Source: an uncultured Spirochaetota bacterium
GTDB taxonomy: Bacteria > Spirochaetota > UBA4802 > UBA5550
Assembly: GCA_963827275.1 (NCBI GenBank)
Contig: CAWHAA010000005.1
Span: 640,001-704,000, forward strand
Direction of reading: 5' to 3'
DNA: 64,000 nucleotides
Under the pieces are notes generated by a model. The model made no database searches. It saw nothing but the letters and a program-made list of their open reading frames with translations, and had not been told where the DNA came from. Shown here in pieces: positions 21,034 to 30,597 of this stretch (positions are counted from its first letter, which is position 1; each line of letters starts with the position of its first letter). Position numbers and translations under genes: made by a program.

Positions 21034-23037
21034 ATGAAGCAAAGGATATTTTACATGATCATGATAAGCCTGCTCGGCCTGAACGGGTGCACAAACTATC
21101 TCGAGGGCAACCGGGATACCCAGCTGCTCTACGCGGCCTTTTTCAGCACGGCGCCGGTGCTGAACCCGCTTGTGATCGCCGGCACATCGAACAATTTCAT
21201 TACCCTGGCCCGGCCGACATTTGTCGTTGCCGGAAGTCCCGCGCCGTCGGTCGAAGCGTACATCGGGCTGGACGACGGGAGCATGACTATTTCGGGAACG
21301 ACGGTGACCGGCGCCATAGAGGGCCCGGTCGACGTTTCAGCCGCTCCGTACCAGTTTAACACCGGCCTGTCGCCAGACACCATTTATCGCATCTATGTCG
21401 TGGCGATAAACCCCAATGGCTATTCCGTCAGGACCATCACACAGAGTACTTCGCATATCGTGCCGGTGCTGGATCCCCTGGTGATGAGCATTCCGCCAAC
21501 ATCCGATACAATAACCCTGGACCAGCCGACTTTCTCGACTGCGGGCAACCCCCTGCCCACGGTTGAGGCGTATATCGGCTATGCCGGGGGAGCAACGCCC
21601 ATATCCATAACACCGGCGGCCACCGGCTATACCGTTGCCAACGATCTCCAGGGCCCGGTGGACGTTTCCGCCGGCGGATGTCAGTTCACCGGCCTCGCGA
21701 ACAATACCCTCTACCGGGTTTACGTGGTGGCGCAGAACATGGATGTGAGCGGTACATACCACCAGTCGATCGAGTTTATCGACGAGAGCACTTATGGGAT
21801 AGCGCCGGTCATGGACGCGCTGGTGACAACGACGATTCCGCCGACAACAGACACGATAACACTGGACCAGCCGACGTTCTCGACTGCGGGGAACCCCCTG
21901 CCAGCGGTGAGCGCGTATATCGGCGTGGACGGCTTCATTTCAGTCGCGGGAACCGCGGTAAGCGGCGCCACCCAGGGACCGATCGACGTGTCATCAGCTG
22001 ACTACACCTTCACCGGCCTTGCAAATGACACGACCTACCGGATCATCGTGGTGGCGCAGAACGTTATCGGTTCCTCGGTACAGCAGGCGACGCAGAGCAC
22101 GACGGGCATCGCGCCGGCGATGAACGCGCTGGTCACGACCACCATCCCGCCCACAACAGACACGATAACACTGGACCAGCCGACATTTGCCACTGGGGGC
22201 AACCCGGTCCCGACGGTGCGGGCCTATATCGGCATTGATGGATTCATAACGGTCGCAGGGACCACGGTAAGCGGCGCAGACCAGGGGCCTGTCAATGTGG
22301 CAGCGGCAGGCTGTACCTTCACCGGCCTGGCCAACGACACGACCTACCGGATCATCGTGGTGGCTGAAAACAGCGTCGGCTCATCGGTGCAGCAGGCGAC
22401 GCAGAGCACCGGGGGCATAGCGCCGGTAATGGAAGCACTGGTCATAACAACGGTTTCACCCACGATTGACACAATTACCCTGGACCAGCCGACGTTTACC
22501 ACCGGAGGAAACCCGGCGCCTACTGTCAAAGCCTACATCGGTATTGATGGCTTTATTTCAGTCGCGGGGACCGTGGTGACCGGCGCAGACCAGGGACCGA
22601 TCAACGCGGCATCTGGAGGTTACACCTTTACCGGCCTGGACAATGACACGACCTACCGGATCATTGTGGTGGCCGAAAATACCTTCGGCTCTTCGGTACA
22701 GCAGACGACGCAGAGCACGGTGGGTATCGCTCCGGTGATGGACACGCTGGTCACGACCACTATCCCACCGACCACAGACACGATCACACTGGACCTGCCG
22801 ACGTTTACCACCGGGGGCAACCCGGCGCCGACGGTCAAAGCATACATCGGTATTGACGGCTTTATTTCAGTCGTGGGGACAGTGGTGACCGGCGCAGACG
22901 AGGGGCCGATCAATGTAGCGTCAGCCGGATACGCGTTCACGGGACTGACAAACGGCACCACCTACCGGATCATCGTGGTGGCCGAGAACAGCGCGGGTTC
23001 TTCAGTACAGCAGGCAACAGAGACCACGCTGCCGTGA
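21034..23037 (+). CDS. Surface lipoprotein with six tandem ~103-aa FN3-like repeats
   Basis: GGAGG RBS, lipobox LNGC; repeats 3-6 start at 21802, 22111, 22420, 22729 (309-bp period), each with FTGL.N.TTYRIIVVA.N. Confidence 0.85.
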   Translation: MKQRIFYMIMISLLGLNGCTNYLEGNRDTQLLYAAFFSTAPVLNPLVIAGTSNNFITLARPTFVVAGSPAPSVEAYIGLDDGSMTISGTTVTGAIEGPVDVSAAPYQFNTGLSPDTIYRIYVVAINPNGYSVRTITQSTSHIVPVLDPLVMSIPPTSDTITLDQPTFSTAGNPLPTVEAYIGYAGGATPISITPAATGYTVANDLQGPVDVSAGGCQFTGLANNTLYRVYVVAQNMDVSGTYHQSIEFIDESTYGIAPVMDALVTTTIPPTTDTITLDQPTFSTAGNPLPAVSAYIGVDGFISVAGTAVSGATQGPIDVSSADYTFTGLANDTTYRIIVVAQNVIGSSVQQATQSTTGIAPAMNALVTTTIPPTTDTITLDQPTFATGGNPVPTVRAYIGIDGFITVAGTTVSGADQGPVNVAAAGCTFTGLANDTTYRIIVVAENSVGSSVQQATQSTGGIAPVMEALVITTVSPTIDTITLDQPTFTTGGNPAPTVKAYIGIDGFISVAGTVVTGADQGPINAASGGYTFTGLDNDTTYRIIVVAENTFGSSVQQTTQSTVGIAPVMDTLVTTTIPPTTDTITLDLPTFTTGGNPAPTVKAYIGIDGFISVVGTVVTGADEGPINVASAGYAFTGLTNGTTYRIIVVAENSAGSSVQQATETTLP

Positions 23038-23170
23038 CGCGGCGGGGCCGCAGGCAAATTTACCTGCGCCGAAAATTAATTTCTTGCCATAATCCCGCCC
23101 GGTGGCGTATTCTTTAATCCGCCTGCGGCCCCGCGGCCGCAGGAACATCTATCCATACCAGGAAGCTGCC

Positions 23171-23926
23171 ATGCCGAAAATCAAGGCCATCACCTTCGAC
23201 CTGTGGGACACCGTCATCCGCGACGATTCGGACGAGCCGAAGCGGAAGGCGGCGGGGCGGCCATCGAAAAAAGAGGAGCGCAGGGAGCTGGTGCACCGCT
23301 TCTGCTCCGCGCACGGGCACCTGTCCCGCGAGCTGGTCAACGGCGTGTACGACGCAGCGGACGCAGCCTTCAACAAGGCGTGGAAGGACCAGCATGTCAC
23401 CTGGACCGTGAAGGAGCGGCTGGAGATCGTGCTGAAGGGCCTGGGCCGCACCCTCCCCGACATCGAGCTCGCGGAGCTGGTGCGCCTCCACGAGGAGATG
23501 GAGCTCGAGTTCCGGCCGGACATCGTCCCCGGCGTCGGGGAGGCGCTGAAGCAGCTCCATGAAAAATACCGGCTGGGCGTGATCTCGGACGCGATCTTCA
23601 CGCCGGGAAGGGCGCTGCGCATGATCCTTTCCGACGCGGGGCTCTTCGGCTATTTCGAGCAGTTCATCTTCTCCGACGAGACGGGCAGGTCAAAGCCCGA
23701 CCCGATGGCCTTCCAGGACGCCATCGACGCTTTCGGCATCAAGCCCGGGGAGCTGGCGCACATCGGCGACCGCGAGCACAATGATATCGACGGCCCGCAC
23801 CGGGCCGGGGCGCGGGCGGTCCTCTGCACCGCCGCCATCGACCGGGGAAGCGCCGGCACGAAGGCGGAGGCCGTGTTCGGTGATTACCGGGAGCTCCCGG
23901 ACATCATAGAAAAAATCAGCCGGTAA
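23171..23926 (+). CDS. HAD-superfamily hydrolase
   Basis: ITFDLWDT, VISD, SKPDP, HIGDREHNDIDG. Confidence 0.88.
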   Translation: MPKIKAITFDLWDTVIRDDSDEPKRKAAGRPSKKEERRELVHRFCSAHGHLSRELVNGVYDAADAAFNKAWKDQHVTWTVKERLEIVLKGLGRTLPDIELAELVRLHEEMELEFRPDIVPGVGEALKQLHEKYRLGVISDAIFTPGRALRMILSDAGLFGYFEQFIFSDETGRSKPDPMAFQDAIDAFGIKPGELAHIGDREHNDIDGPHRAGARAVLCTAAIDRGSAGTKAEAVFGDYRELPDIIEKISR

Positions 23927-23935
23927 GGAGGCACC

Positions 23936-24838
23936 ATGGCGGGAACACACCGAATCCTCATCATAGACGGGTACCCCAAGCCGAGCAGGGACGACTTTGA
24001 CACGGCGGGCATGAAGTACGCCGGCGAGCTCTACGCCGACATGCTCCTCACCTACCTGCCCGGCGCACACTATGACATCCTGTACACGAGCGACCCGGGC
24101 GTGACGATCCCCGATGTAAAAGCGCTCTCCGCGTATGAAGGCGTGCTCTGGCCCGGATGCAACCTCACGGTGTACCATACCGACGACGCGCGGGTGAAGA
24201 CCATGATCGAACTGTGCGACCGCGCGTTCGAGGCGGGGCTCCCGCAGTTCGGCACCTGCTGGGGGATACAGCTCCCGGTGTTCGTCGCCGGCGGCGAGGT
24301 GAAGGCCAACCCCAAGGGCAGGGAGATGGGGATCGGCAGGAAGATCAGGCTCACCGACGAGGGGAAAGACCACCCCATGATGGAGGGCAAGCCGGAAGTG
24401 TACAGCCATTTCGTGAGCCACGACGACGAGGTGACGCGGCTTCCCCGCGGCTCGGTGCTCCTTTCGGGGAACGATTTCTCCGCGGTGCAGGCGGCCGAGA
24501 TACGCTACAAGAAGGGCGTGTTCTGGGGGCTCCAGTACCACCCCGAGTACGACCTGCTCCAGATGGCGCGACTGATGGTGGCGCGCGAGAAGAAGCTCAC
24601 CGAGCTCGGCTTCTTCAGGGGCCATGACGACTTCGCGGAGTACGTCGGCAGGCTGGAGGCGCTCAGCGCCGAACCGGGCCGCAAGGACCTGCGCTGGCAG
24701 CTCGGGATCGACGACGACATCCTCTCCGCCGACATCCGGCAGTGCGAATTCAGGAACTGGATAAACAATTTCATACTTGGAAAATCAACGGAACGGAGGC
24801 GACATGTCCGTACATCATTACAGCAAAGAGGCAACTGA
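23936..24838 (+). CDS. Class I glutamine amidotransferase-like protein
   Basis: FGTCWGIQL nucleophile elbow, SHDDEV, QYHPE. Confidence 0.85.
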   Translation: MAGTHRILIIDGYPKPSRDDFDTAGMKYAGELYADMLLTYLPGAHYDILYTSDPGVTIPDVKALSAYEGVLWPGCNLTVYHTDDARVKTMIELCDRAFEAGLPQFGTCWGIQLPVFVAGGEVKANPKGREMGIGRKIRLTDEGKDHPMMEGKPEVYSHFVSHDDEVTRLPRGSVLLSGNDFSAVQAAEIRYKKGVFWGLQYHPEYDLLQMARLMVAREKKLTELGFFRGHDDFAEYVGRLEALSAEPGRKDLRWQLGIDDDILSADIRQCEFRNWINNFILGKSTERRRHVRTSLQQRGN

Positions 24839-25199
24839 AGCCCTGAAAGCGGCTTCGACTGACGGGGAACTGGCGTGCGCGCTGGCATTCAAGATCGGGG
24901 CGGAGCACAACACCTCTCCCGAAGATATCGGGAAAATCCTTGATCTCGAGGAAATTGATATCGCCAAGTGCCAGCTGGGTCTCTTCGGGTACAAGCCGGA
25001 TAAAAAGATCGTCCAGCCGGCGATATCCGTTCCCGATGGATTAAAGAAGGAGATCACCGCCGCGCTTGCGGACGGCAGGCTGTCCTGCGAAAAGGCGTGG
25101 GCAATTGCCGGCAGGCTGCGCATATCGAAGATGGATGTTGCCGCTGCGTGCGAAAACATGGGTATCAAGATCAAGCCGTGCCAGTTAGGCGCGTTTTAA
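24804..25199 (+). CDS. Small putative metal-binding protein with duplicated LxCxxA..IA..CQLGxF module
   Basis: GELACALAFKI..KCQLGLFG and GRLSCEKAWAIA..PCQLGAF; GGAGG RBS. Confidence 0.75.
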   Translation: MSVHHYSKEATEALKAASTDGELACALAFKIGAEHNTSPEDIGKILDLEEIDIAKCQLGLFGYKPDKKIVQPAISVPDGLKKEITAALADGRLSCEKAWAIAGRLRISKMDVAAACENMGIKIKPCQLGAF

Positions 25200-25234
25200 C
25201 GCCTCTATCCCGATAGTTATCGGCGCAACCCGCA

Positions 25235-26458
25235 CTACCCGAGCGCCTTGCCGATACGATCGAGCGCGCGGTCCACGTTTTCATGGGAATTGAAGGCGCT
25301 GATGCGCACATATCCTTCTCCGCATTTTCCGAACCCGGCGCCGGGCGTGCACACGACGCAGGCTTTTTCAAGCATCATGTCAAAGAAGGCCCAGGAATCG
25401 CGCCCTCCCTTGATCCAGATATAGGGCGCATTCACGCCGCCGGTGCAGGAGAACCCGAGCGCGCCCATTCCTTTCCTGATGCGTGCCGCGTTTTCCAGGT
25501 AGTAATCGCCGAGCTCTTTTACCTGCCTTCGCCCTTCGTCAGAATAGACCGCTTCCGCCGCGCGCTGCACCGGGTAAGAGACCCCGTTGAACTTGGTCGT
25601 CTGACGCCTCAGCCAGAGCTGGTGGAGAAAAATCGGCTCGTCCTTTTTGGTAAAGGCGCGGCATTTCTTCGGAATCACGGTGAAAGCGCAGCGGGTACCT
25701 GTGAAGCCGGCGGTCTTGGAAAAACTCCGGAACTCCACCGCGACCTCATCGGCGCCATCAATTTCGTATATGCTGCGGGGAATGCTGTCATCACGAATAA
25801 AGCTTTCATAGGCCGCGTCATACAGGATGAGTGCCCTGTTCTCGCGCGCGTAGTGCACCCACTTTGCGAGATCCTCTTTTGTCGCGGTCGCGCCCGTCGG
25901 ATTATTTGGAAAGCAGAGATATATGAGATCTACTTTCTCGGCGGGTAGATCGGGCACAAACCCGTTCGCCTCGTTTGAATCGAGGTACACGAGCCCCCGA
26001 TAGCGTCCGTCACTGTTTTCGCCGGCTCGGCCCGCCATAACGTTTGTGTCCACATACACGGGATAGACCGGGTCGGGTACGGCAATGACGATGTCGTTGG
26101 CGAAAAGCTCCTGGATATTGCCGGTATCGCACTTGGCCCCGTCGCTCACGAAGATCTCGTCCGCGGCAATGGCAGCTCCGCGCGACCGGTAGTCGTATTC
26201 CGCAATTTTTTCACGGAGAAAGTCGTAGCCCTGCTCGGGACCGTATCCCCGGAATGTCTTTCCTGATGCCATGTCATCGACGGCCTTATGAAAGGCTGCA
26301 ATGCAAGCGGACGGAAGGGGGAGAGTGACGTCGCCGATACCGAGCCGGATAATATCTTTTCCCGGATTTTTTTTCTCGAATTCAGAAACCCGTTTCGCTA
26401 TGTCCGAAAAAAGATATGACGCCTTGAGCTTCAGGTAATTTTCATTGATACGTATCAT
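25235..26458 (-). CDS. dapL: LL-diaminopimelate aminotransferase
   Basis: [47 protein letters not shown]. Confidence 0.95.
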   Translation of the reverse strand: MIRINENYLKLKASYLFSDIAKRVSEFEKKNPGKDIIRLGIGDVTLPLPSACIAAFHKAVDDMASGKTFRGYGPEQGYDFLREKIAEYDYRSRGAAIAADEIFVSDGAKCDTGNIQELFANDIVIAVPDPVYPVYVDTNVMAGRAGENSDGRYRGLVYLDSNEANGFVPDLPAEKVDLIYLCFPNNPTGATATKEDLAKWVHYARENRALILYDAAYESFIRDDSIPRSIYEIDGADEVAVEFRSFSKTAGFTGTRCAFTVIPKKCRAFTKKDEPIFLHQLWLRRQTTKFNGVSYPVQRAAEAVYSDEGRRQVKELGDYYLENAARIRKGMGALGFSCTGGVNAPYIWIKGGRDSWAFFDMMLEKACVVCTPGAGFGKCGEGYVRISAFNSHENVDRALDRIGKALG

Positions 26459-26539
26459 ATAACCTCATAACCGGCAATTCCCGGTGCATATGTATCTGGA
26501 GATACCGGGCATCAGCACACACTAATTGTCCGTTTTTTA

Positions 26540-27010
26540 TCAAGCAATTTTTTCAATTACAAGGTCAGCCGGGATTCGGGAATAGTTTCTCCGGGTGGGG
26601 GGGAGGCCCCAGTGGAGTTTCCAGCAGATTATTCCATCAACAATCTCCCTGACAACAAGATAATTTCTGTATGTATAGTTATCGGTATTATTTTTCTTAT
26701 TCATATACTTTAAGAATTTTTTTAATGCATATGCAAGGATCAACGAAACAGACATCTTGAACAACTTCCTTAAATCCAAAAAATACTCGTAATCATCTTC
26801 CCTTAAACTTAAATGAAATGCATGCCACTCCCCCGGGGGCATCCTCTTTTGATATTGCACCATCTTCCCAAGCCGTGCAGGATCAGGAATATCATCCATA
26901 ACTTTTTTTATCAGGTGAGTTATCAATTCCGATCTTGTGATTCCATGTGCATGCGCAACTGAGGTTATCTGCTCCAGCGCCGTAATACTGATATTAAGGG
27001 TTGTATCCAT
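26540..27010 (-). CDS. AT-rich DUF1564-like/ribbon-helix-helix putative DNA-binding protein
   Basis: TTLNI..GITRSELI RHH-like N-terminus, VQYQ, DYEYFLDLRKLFKMSVSLILAYA; much lower GC than flanks. Confidence 0.55.
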   Translation of the reverse strand: MDTTLNISITALEQITSVAHAHGITRSELITHLIKKVMDDIPDPARLGKMVQYQKRMPPGEWHAFHLSLREDDYEYFLDLRKLFKMSVSLILAYALKKFLKYMNKKNNTDNYTYRNYLVVREIVDGIICWKLHWGLPPTRRNYSRIPADLVIEKIA

Positions 27011-27171
27011 TATTGTATCCCTGAGTTTATTTATAAGGGATACGAAAAATATAATTGTATTGTTAAAATTTTTTTATGGACTATATATTTTTTTGCAATA
27101 AATTATATAGCGATAGTTATCGGTGAAATGCACACTCTTTTCCCCTTGACGTATCCCGCCACCTGGTTAAC

Positions 27172-28074
27172 ATGAACGCAATGACGCCCCCAACCGACAC
27201 ACTCATGGCGCACTGCACCCTCTGCCCGCGGGAATGCGGAGCGGACAGGAGCATTACATCGGGCTACTGCAGCGGTACGGACCGGGTCATCGTGAATACC
27301 CACCAGCTCCACCACTGGGAAGAACCGGTGCTCTCCGGGTCGCAAGGGAGCGGTACTATCTTCTTTTCGAACTGCACCATGCGCTGCGTCTACTGCCAGA
27401 ACTTCGAGATAAGCTGGCTTGGCTGCGGCAGGCCCCGCACGACCGAAGAGCTCTGCGCCATGATGATAGAACTGCAGCAGCGCGGCGCGCACAATATAAA
27501 CCTGGTGACCCCGAGCCACTACACGCCGCAGATACGGGATGCCCTGCGCATCGCGCTTGATCGGGGCCTTACCGTCCCGGTGGTGTGGAACAGCAACGCA
27601 TACGAAAAACCGGAAACCCTGCGGCTCGTGGAGGGACTGGTTGATATTTATCTCCCGGATTTCCGTTACTTTAACCCCGCGACCGCCGTACGTTATTCCG
27701 GCGCGCCCGACTATCCGGAATGGGCAAAGAAGGCGATAGCCGAGATGCACCGCCAGGTCGGCACTCTCACCCTGGACGGAGACATCGCCAAACGGGGCGT
27801 GCTCATCCGTCTCCTGGTCCTGCCGGGGCTCACCGCGGAGATCAAAAACATGCTTGAATGGATCGCGGCCTCGATCGGCCCTGACACATGGATCAGCCTG
27901 ATGGGACAGTATTACCCCACCTGCCGCTCGCATGAATTCCCGGAGATCAACCGGGGAATCACCGCGGAAGAATACGAGGAATGCCGCGCCCGCATGGAAG
28001 AGCTCGGTTTTGAGAACGGGTTCGTGCAGGGAGTGGGATCATCACGGGACTACACGCCGGACTTCAGGGAATAG
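27172..28074 (+). CDS. PflX-like radical SAM protein
   Basis: CTLCPRECG, EEPVLSG..GSGTIFFSNCTMRCVYCQN, NINLVTPSH, DIYLPDF. Confidence 0.9.
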   Translation: MNAMTPPTDTLMAHCTLCPRECGADRSITSGYCSGTDRVIVNTHQLHHWEEPVLSGSQGSGTIFFSNCTMRCVYCQNFEISWLGCGRPRTTEELCAMMIELQQRGAHNINLVTPSHYTPQIRDALRIALDRGLTVPVVWNSNAYEKPETLRLVEGLVDIYLPDFRYFNPATAVRYSGAPDYPEWAKKAIAEMHRQVGTLTLDGDIAKRGVLIRLLVLPGLTAEIKNMLEWIAASIGPDTWISLMGQYYPTCRSHEFPEINRGITAEEYEECRARMEELGFENGFVQGVGSSRDYTPDFRE

Positions 28075-28075
28075 G

Positions 28076-29374
28076 TCACTCGAAGCGCACGTTCACAGAG
28101 CCGCCGTGCTTGTCGTCAAAGCCCTCAATGCGCGACATCTCGTTCACCGGCCCGCGGGCCTTCGCAAGCGCATCGCGCGACAGGAGCTGGTAGGTGGTCC
28201 TGCGCATGAAGGTCTCGACCGAGGTGCCCGATGAGAAACGCGCGGCGCCGCCCGTCGGAAGGATATGGTTCGTGCCGGAAAAGTAGTCGCCGACGGCGAC
28301 CGGCGCGTAATCGCCCAGGAAAAGCGATCCCACGTTCCGGATCTTCCCGAGGTATTCCATCGGGTTTTCCACCATGAGCTCCATGTGCTCCGGGCCGAAG
28401 TTGTTCGAAAAATCGATCGCTTCGCCGATATCCTCCACCAGGAGAATGAGCCCGTTTTTTTCGATGGACGCCTTCTTGATCTCATGCCGTCCGCCGCCGG
28501 CATTCAGGTCCATGTCGATCTCTCCCCGTACGCTCTCGGCAAGGTCGCGCGACGTCGTGACGAGGATCGCCATGGCCCGCTCTTCATGCTCGGCCTGGGA
28601 AAGGAGGTCCCAGGCCACCCATTTCGGGTTGGCCCTGCCGTCGGCGATGATGAGGACCTCGCTCGGCCCGGCAAGCGAGTCTATCTGCACCGCGCCCATG
28701 CTGAAGAGGTAGGTCTTGGCCGCGGTCACGTAGATATTGCCCGGGCCCACGATGATCTCCGACTTCCGCACGCTCTCTGTCCCGAACCCGGCGGCGGCGA
28801 TCCCCTGGGCGCCGCCCGCTTTGATCACGGTGTCCACCCCGGTCATGGCGCACACCGCGCCGATGACGTCGGGGAGCCTGCCGTTCTTATCGGGCGGGGT
28901 GATAAGGGTGATCTTCTCCACGCCGGCAAGCTTTGCCGGGATCACGCCCATGAGCACCGACGACGGGTAGGACGCTTTTCCTCCCGGAACGTATACCGCG
29001 GCGCTCTCTATCGGCCGGTATTGCATCCCCAGCACGGCGCCGTCGCCCCGCTCGAGGCGGATGTCCTCCCGCGACTGGAGGCGGTGGAATTCCTCTATAT
29101 TGTGCTTCGCTTCCAGGAATGCATTGGTAAGGCCGGATCCCGTGTTCCGCCGACCCGCCTCGATCTCATCCGGCGTGGCAATGACGGAGTCAAGAATGAC
29201 GCCGTCGAATCTTTTCGTATATTCTTTCACGGCCCGGTCACCGTTCTTTCTCACATCGTTGACGATCGGGACCACCGTATCGATCATGATGGCGGTGAAG
29301 TCCTCGCCGAAACGGCTGAAGAGCCGTCCAAGCTCGGCCGAGGTGAGATCGTTTAACTTCCTGATGGGGACCAT
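28076..29374 (-). CDS. hisD: Histidinol dehydrogenase
   Basis: YVPGGKASYPSSVLM, GGAQGIAA, GPGNIYV, AGPSEV, QAEH, PEH, GTNHILPT. Confidence 0.95.
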   Translation of the reverse strand: MVPIRKLNDLTSAELGRLFSRFGEDFTAIMIDTVVPIVNDVRKNGDRAVKEYTKRFDGVILDSVIATPDEIEAGRRNTGSGLTNAFLEAKHNIEEFHRLQSREDIRLERGDGAVLGMQYRPIESAAVYVPGGKASYPSSVLMGVIPAKLAGVEKITLITPPDKNGRLPDVIGAVCAMTGVDTVIKAGGAQGIAAAGFGTESVRKSEIIVGPGNIYVTAAKTYLFSMGAVQIDSLAGPSEVLIIADGRANPKWVAWDLLSQAEHEERAMAILVTTSRDLAESVRGEIDMDLNAGGGRHEIKKASIEKNGLILLVEDIGEAIDFSNNFGPEHMELMVENPMEYLGKIRNVGSLFLGDYAPVAVGDYFSGTNHILPTGGAARFSSGTSVETFMRRTTYQLLSRDALAKARGPVNEMSRIEGFDDKHGGSVNVRFE

Positions 29375-29440
29375 CTGGCGCTCCTTCGTTATTTCATTGC
29401 CCGGGGGCCCGCGCGCGTCATGCGGGCGTGACCTGTTTGT

Positions 29441-29469
29441 ATTCTGTAATTGTCCTGTCAGCCTGTCAA
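29441..29469 (-). promoter_or_regulatory. Sigma70-like promoter of hisD
   Basis: Minus strand TTGACA-17 nt-CAGAAT. Confidence 0.55.
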
Positions 29470-29504
29470 TGATTTAACGTACGGCTGCCGGGCATCTTGC
29501 GGTC

Positions 29505-29605
29505 AAAAAAAAGGTGTCGCAACGGGAGGAGGTTTTGATTCCTCTCCTCCCGTTGAACACCGGGGGGGGGTGGTTGCGGTTAATTCAGAGGATTTTCTGT
29601 TGTCA
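29505..29605 (-). ncRNA. Candidate ~100-nt small RNA with C9 tract and long terminator hairpin
   Basis: Minus-strand TTGTCA-17-TACGTT promoter (29639-29611), no substantial ORF, C9 run (29562-29570), hairpin 29513-29561 followed by T8. Confidence 0.45.
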
Positions 29606-29776
29606 CTATGAACGTACTGAATCCACCTTTGTATGACAATAACCGGGTCTGGTAATTATTCCGTCTGGTTTCCGTGGTCTGTGATAACGGATTCCGCTAT
29701 CATGGTTGAAGGTATGTTGTTCCGGGAAATCGGAGAGTGCAGGAAAACGCGACATCACCCGGGGCGGACGCTGGCA

Positions 29777-30439
29777 TTATTTACTCTGTGACACGACCCA
29801 CTGGACAGCGGCTTTCACAAGCTCCGGCCCCTTCTGGATGCCCAGCTTGTCCTTGATCTTTTTGCGGTGGCTCTCGATGGTATTCACGCTGATATTCAGC
29901 TTCTTTGCTATGTCGCCGGTGCTCATACCGCCGCCGATCATGCGGAATATCTCAAGTTCGCGGTCAGACAGAATCTCAGGCATGGACTCCCCGCCGGTCT
30001 CCTTTCCCTGGAAGAGGCGGTCAATGATCTTCATGGAGATCCTTCCGCTCAGGTAGAGCTCCCCGCTCATGACGGTCCGTATTGCCTGGATGATGACCGC
30101 CGGGGCCTCTTTTTTCGCCACGTAGCCGCGCGCGCCTGCGCGCAGGGCCCGCTCCGCGTAGATGTTCTCGTCGTGCATCGAAAGCACCAGGACCTTGACC
30201 GCGGGGAAGCGGTCCTTCATGGCCTTGATAAGGTCGATGCCGCTTGTTTCGCTCTCCATCGAAATATCGACGATGGCGAGGTCCGGCTCTTCCTGGCTGA
30301 TGCAGCGGATCGCCTCTTCCGCGCTGCCCGCTTCGTTGATGACCGAAAGCCCCTGCTCTTTTTCAATGACCTTCTTCATTCCCTGGCGCACCAGTGGATG
30401 GTCGTCGACGATAATGATCCTTGTGTTCTGTTCCGCCAT
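29777..30439 (-). CDS. NarL/LuxR-family response regulator
   Basis: IVDDHPLVRQG, VDISM, LSMH, GYVAK, LSDRELEIF..SVNTIESHR HTH. Confidence 0.95.
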   Translation of the reverse strand: MAEQNTRIIIVDDHPLVRQGMKKVIEKEQGLSVINEAGSAEEAIRCISQEEPDLAIVDISMESETSGIDLIKAMKDRFPAVKVLVLSMHDENIYAERALRAGARGYVAKKEAPAVIIQAIRTVMSGELYLSGRISMKIIDRLFQGKETGGESMPEILSDRELEIFRMIGGGMSTGDIAKKLNISVNTIESHRKKIKDKLGIQKGPELVKAAVQWVVSQSK

Positions 30440-30597
30440 GGTCCGGCCTTTTATCCCGGGGCCCCGCAGCGAAGGCGCCGCCGGGCCCGGTGAGATTCTC
30501 TTCTATAAATAAATATCCTAAATAAAAACGACCTTGTCAATAGTAAATTATCGTATTCCGCGCATAACAGAATCCATTACTGGGCCGCCAGGCGACG

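Noticed and set aside
21800..23030. Diversity-generating retroelement template/variable repeats
   Set aside because: The repeats are in-frame protein domains with differences at all bases, not adenine-specific, and no reverse transcriptase is present.
29375..29605. His attenuator or riboswitch upstream of hisD
   Set aside because: No His-codon leader peptide or recognisable aptamer, and hisD has its own promoter downstream of the terminator.
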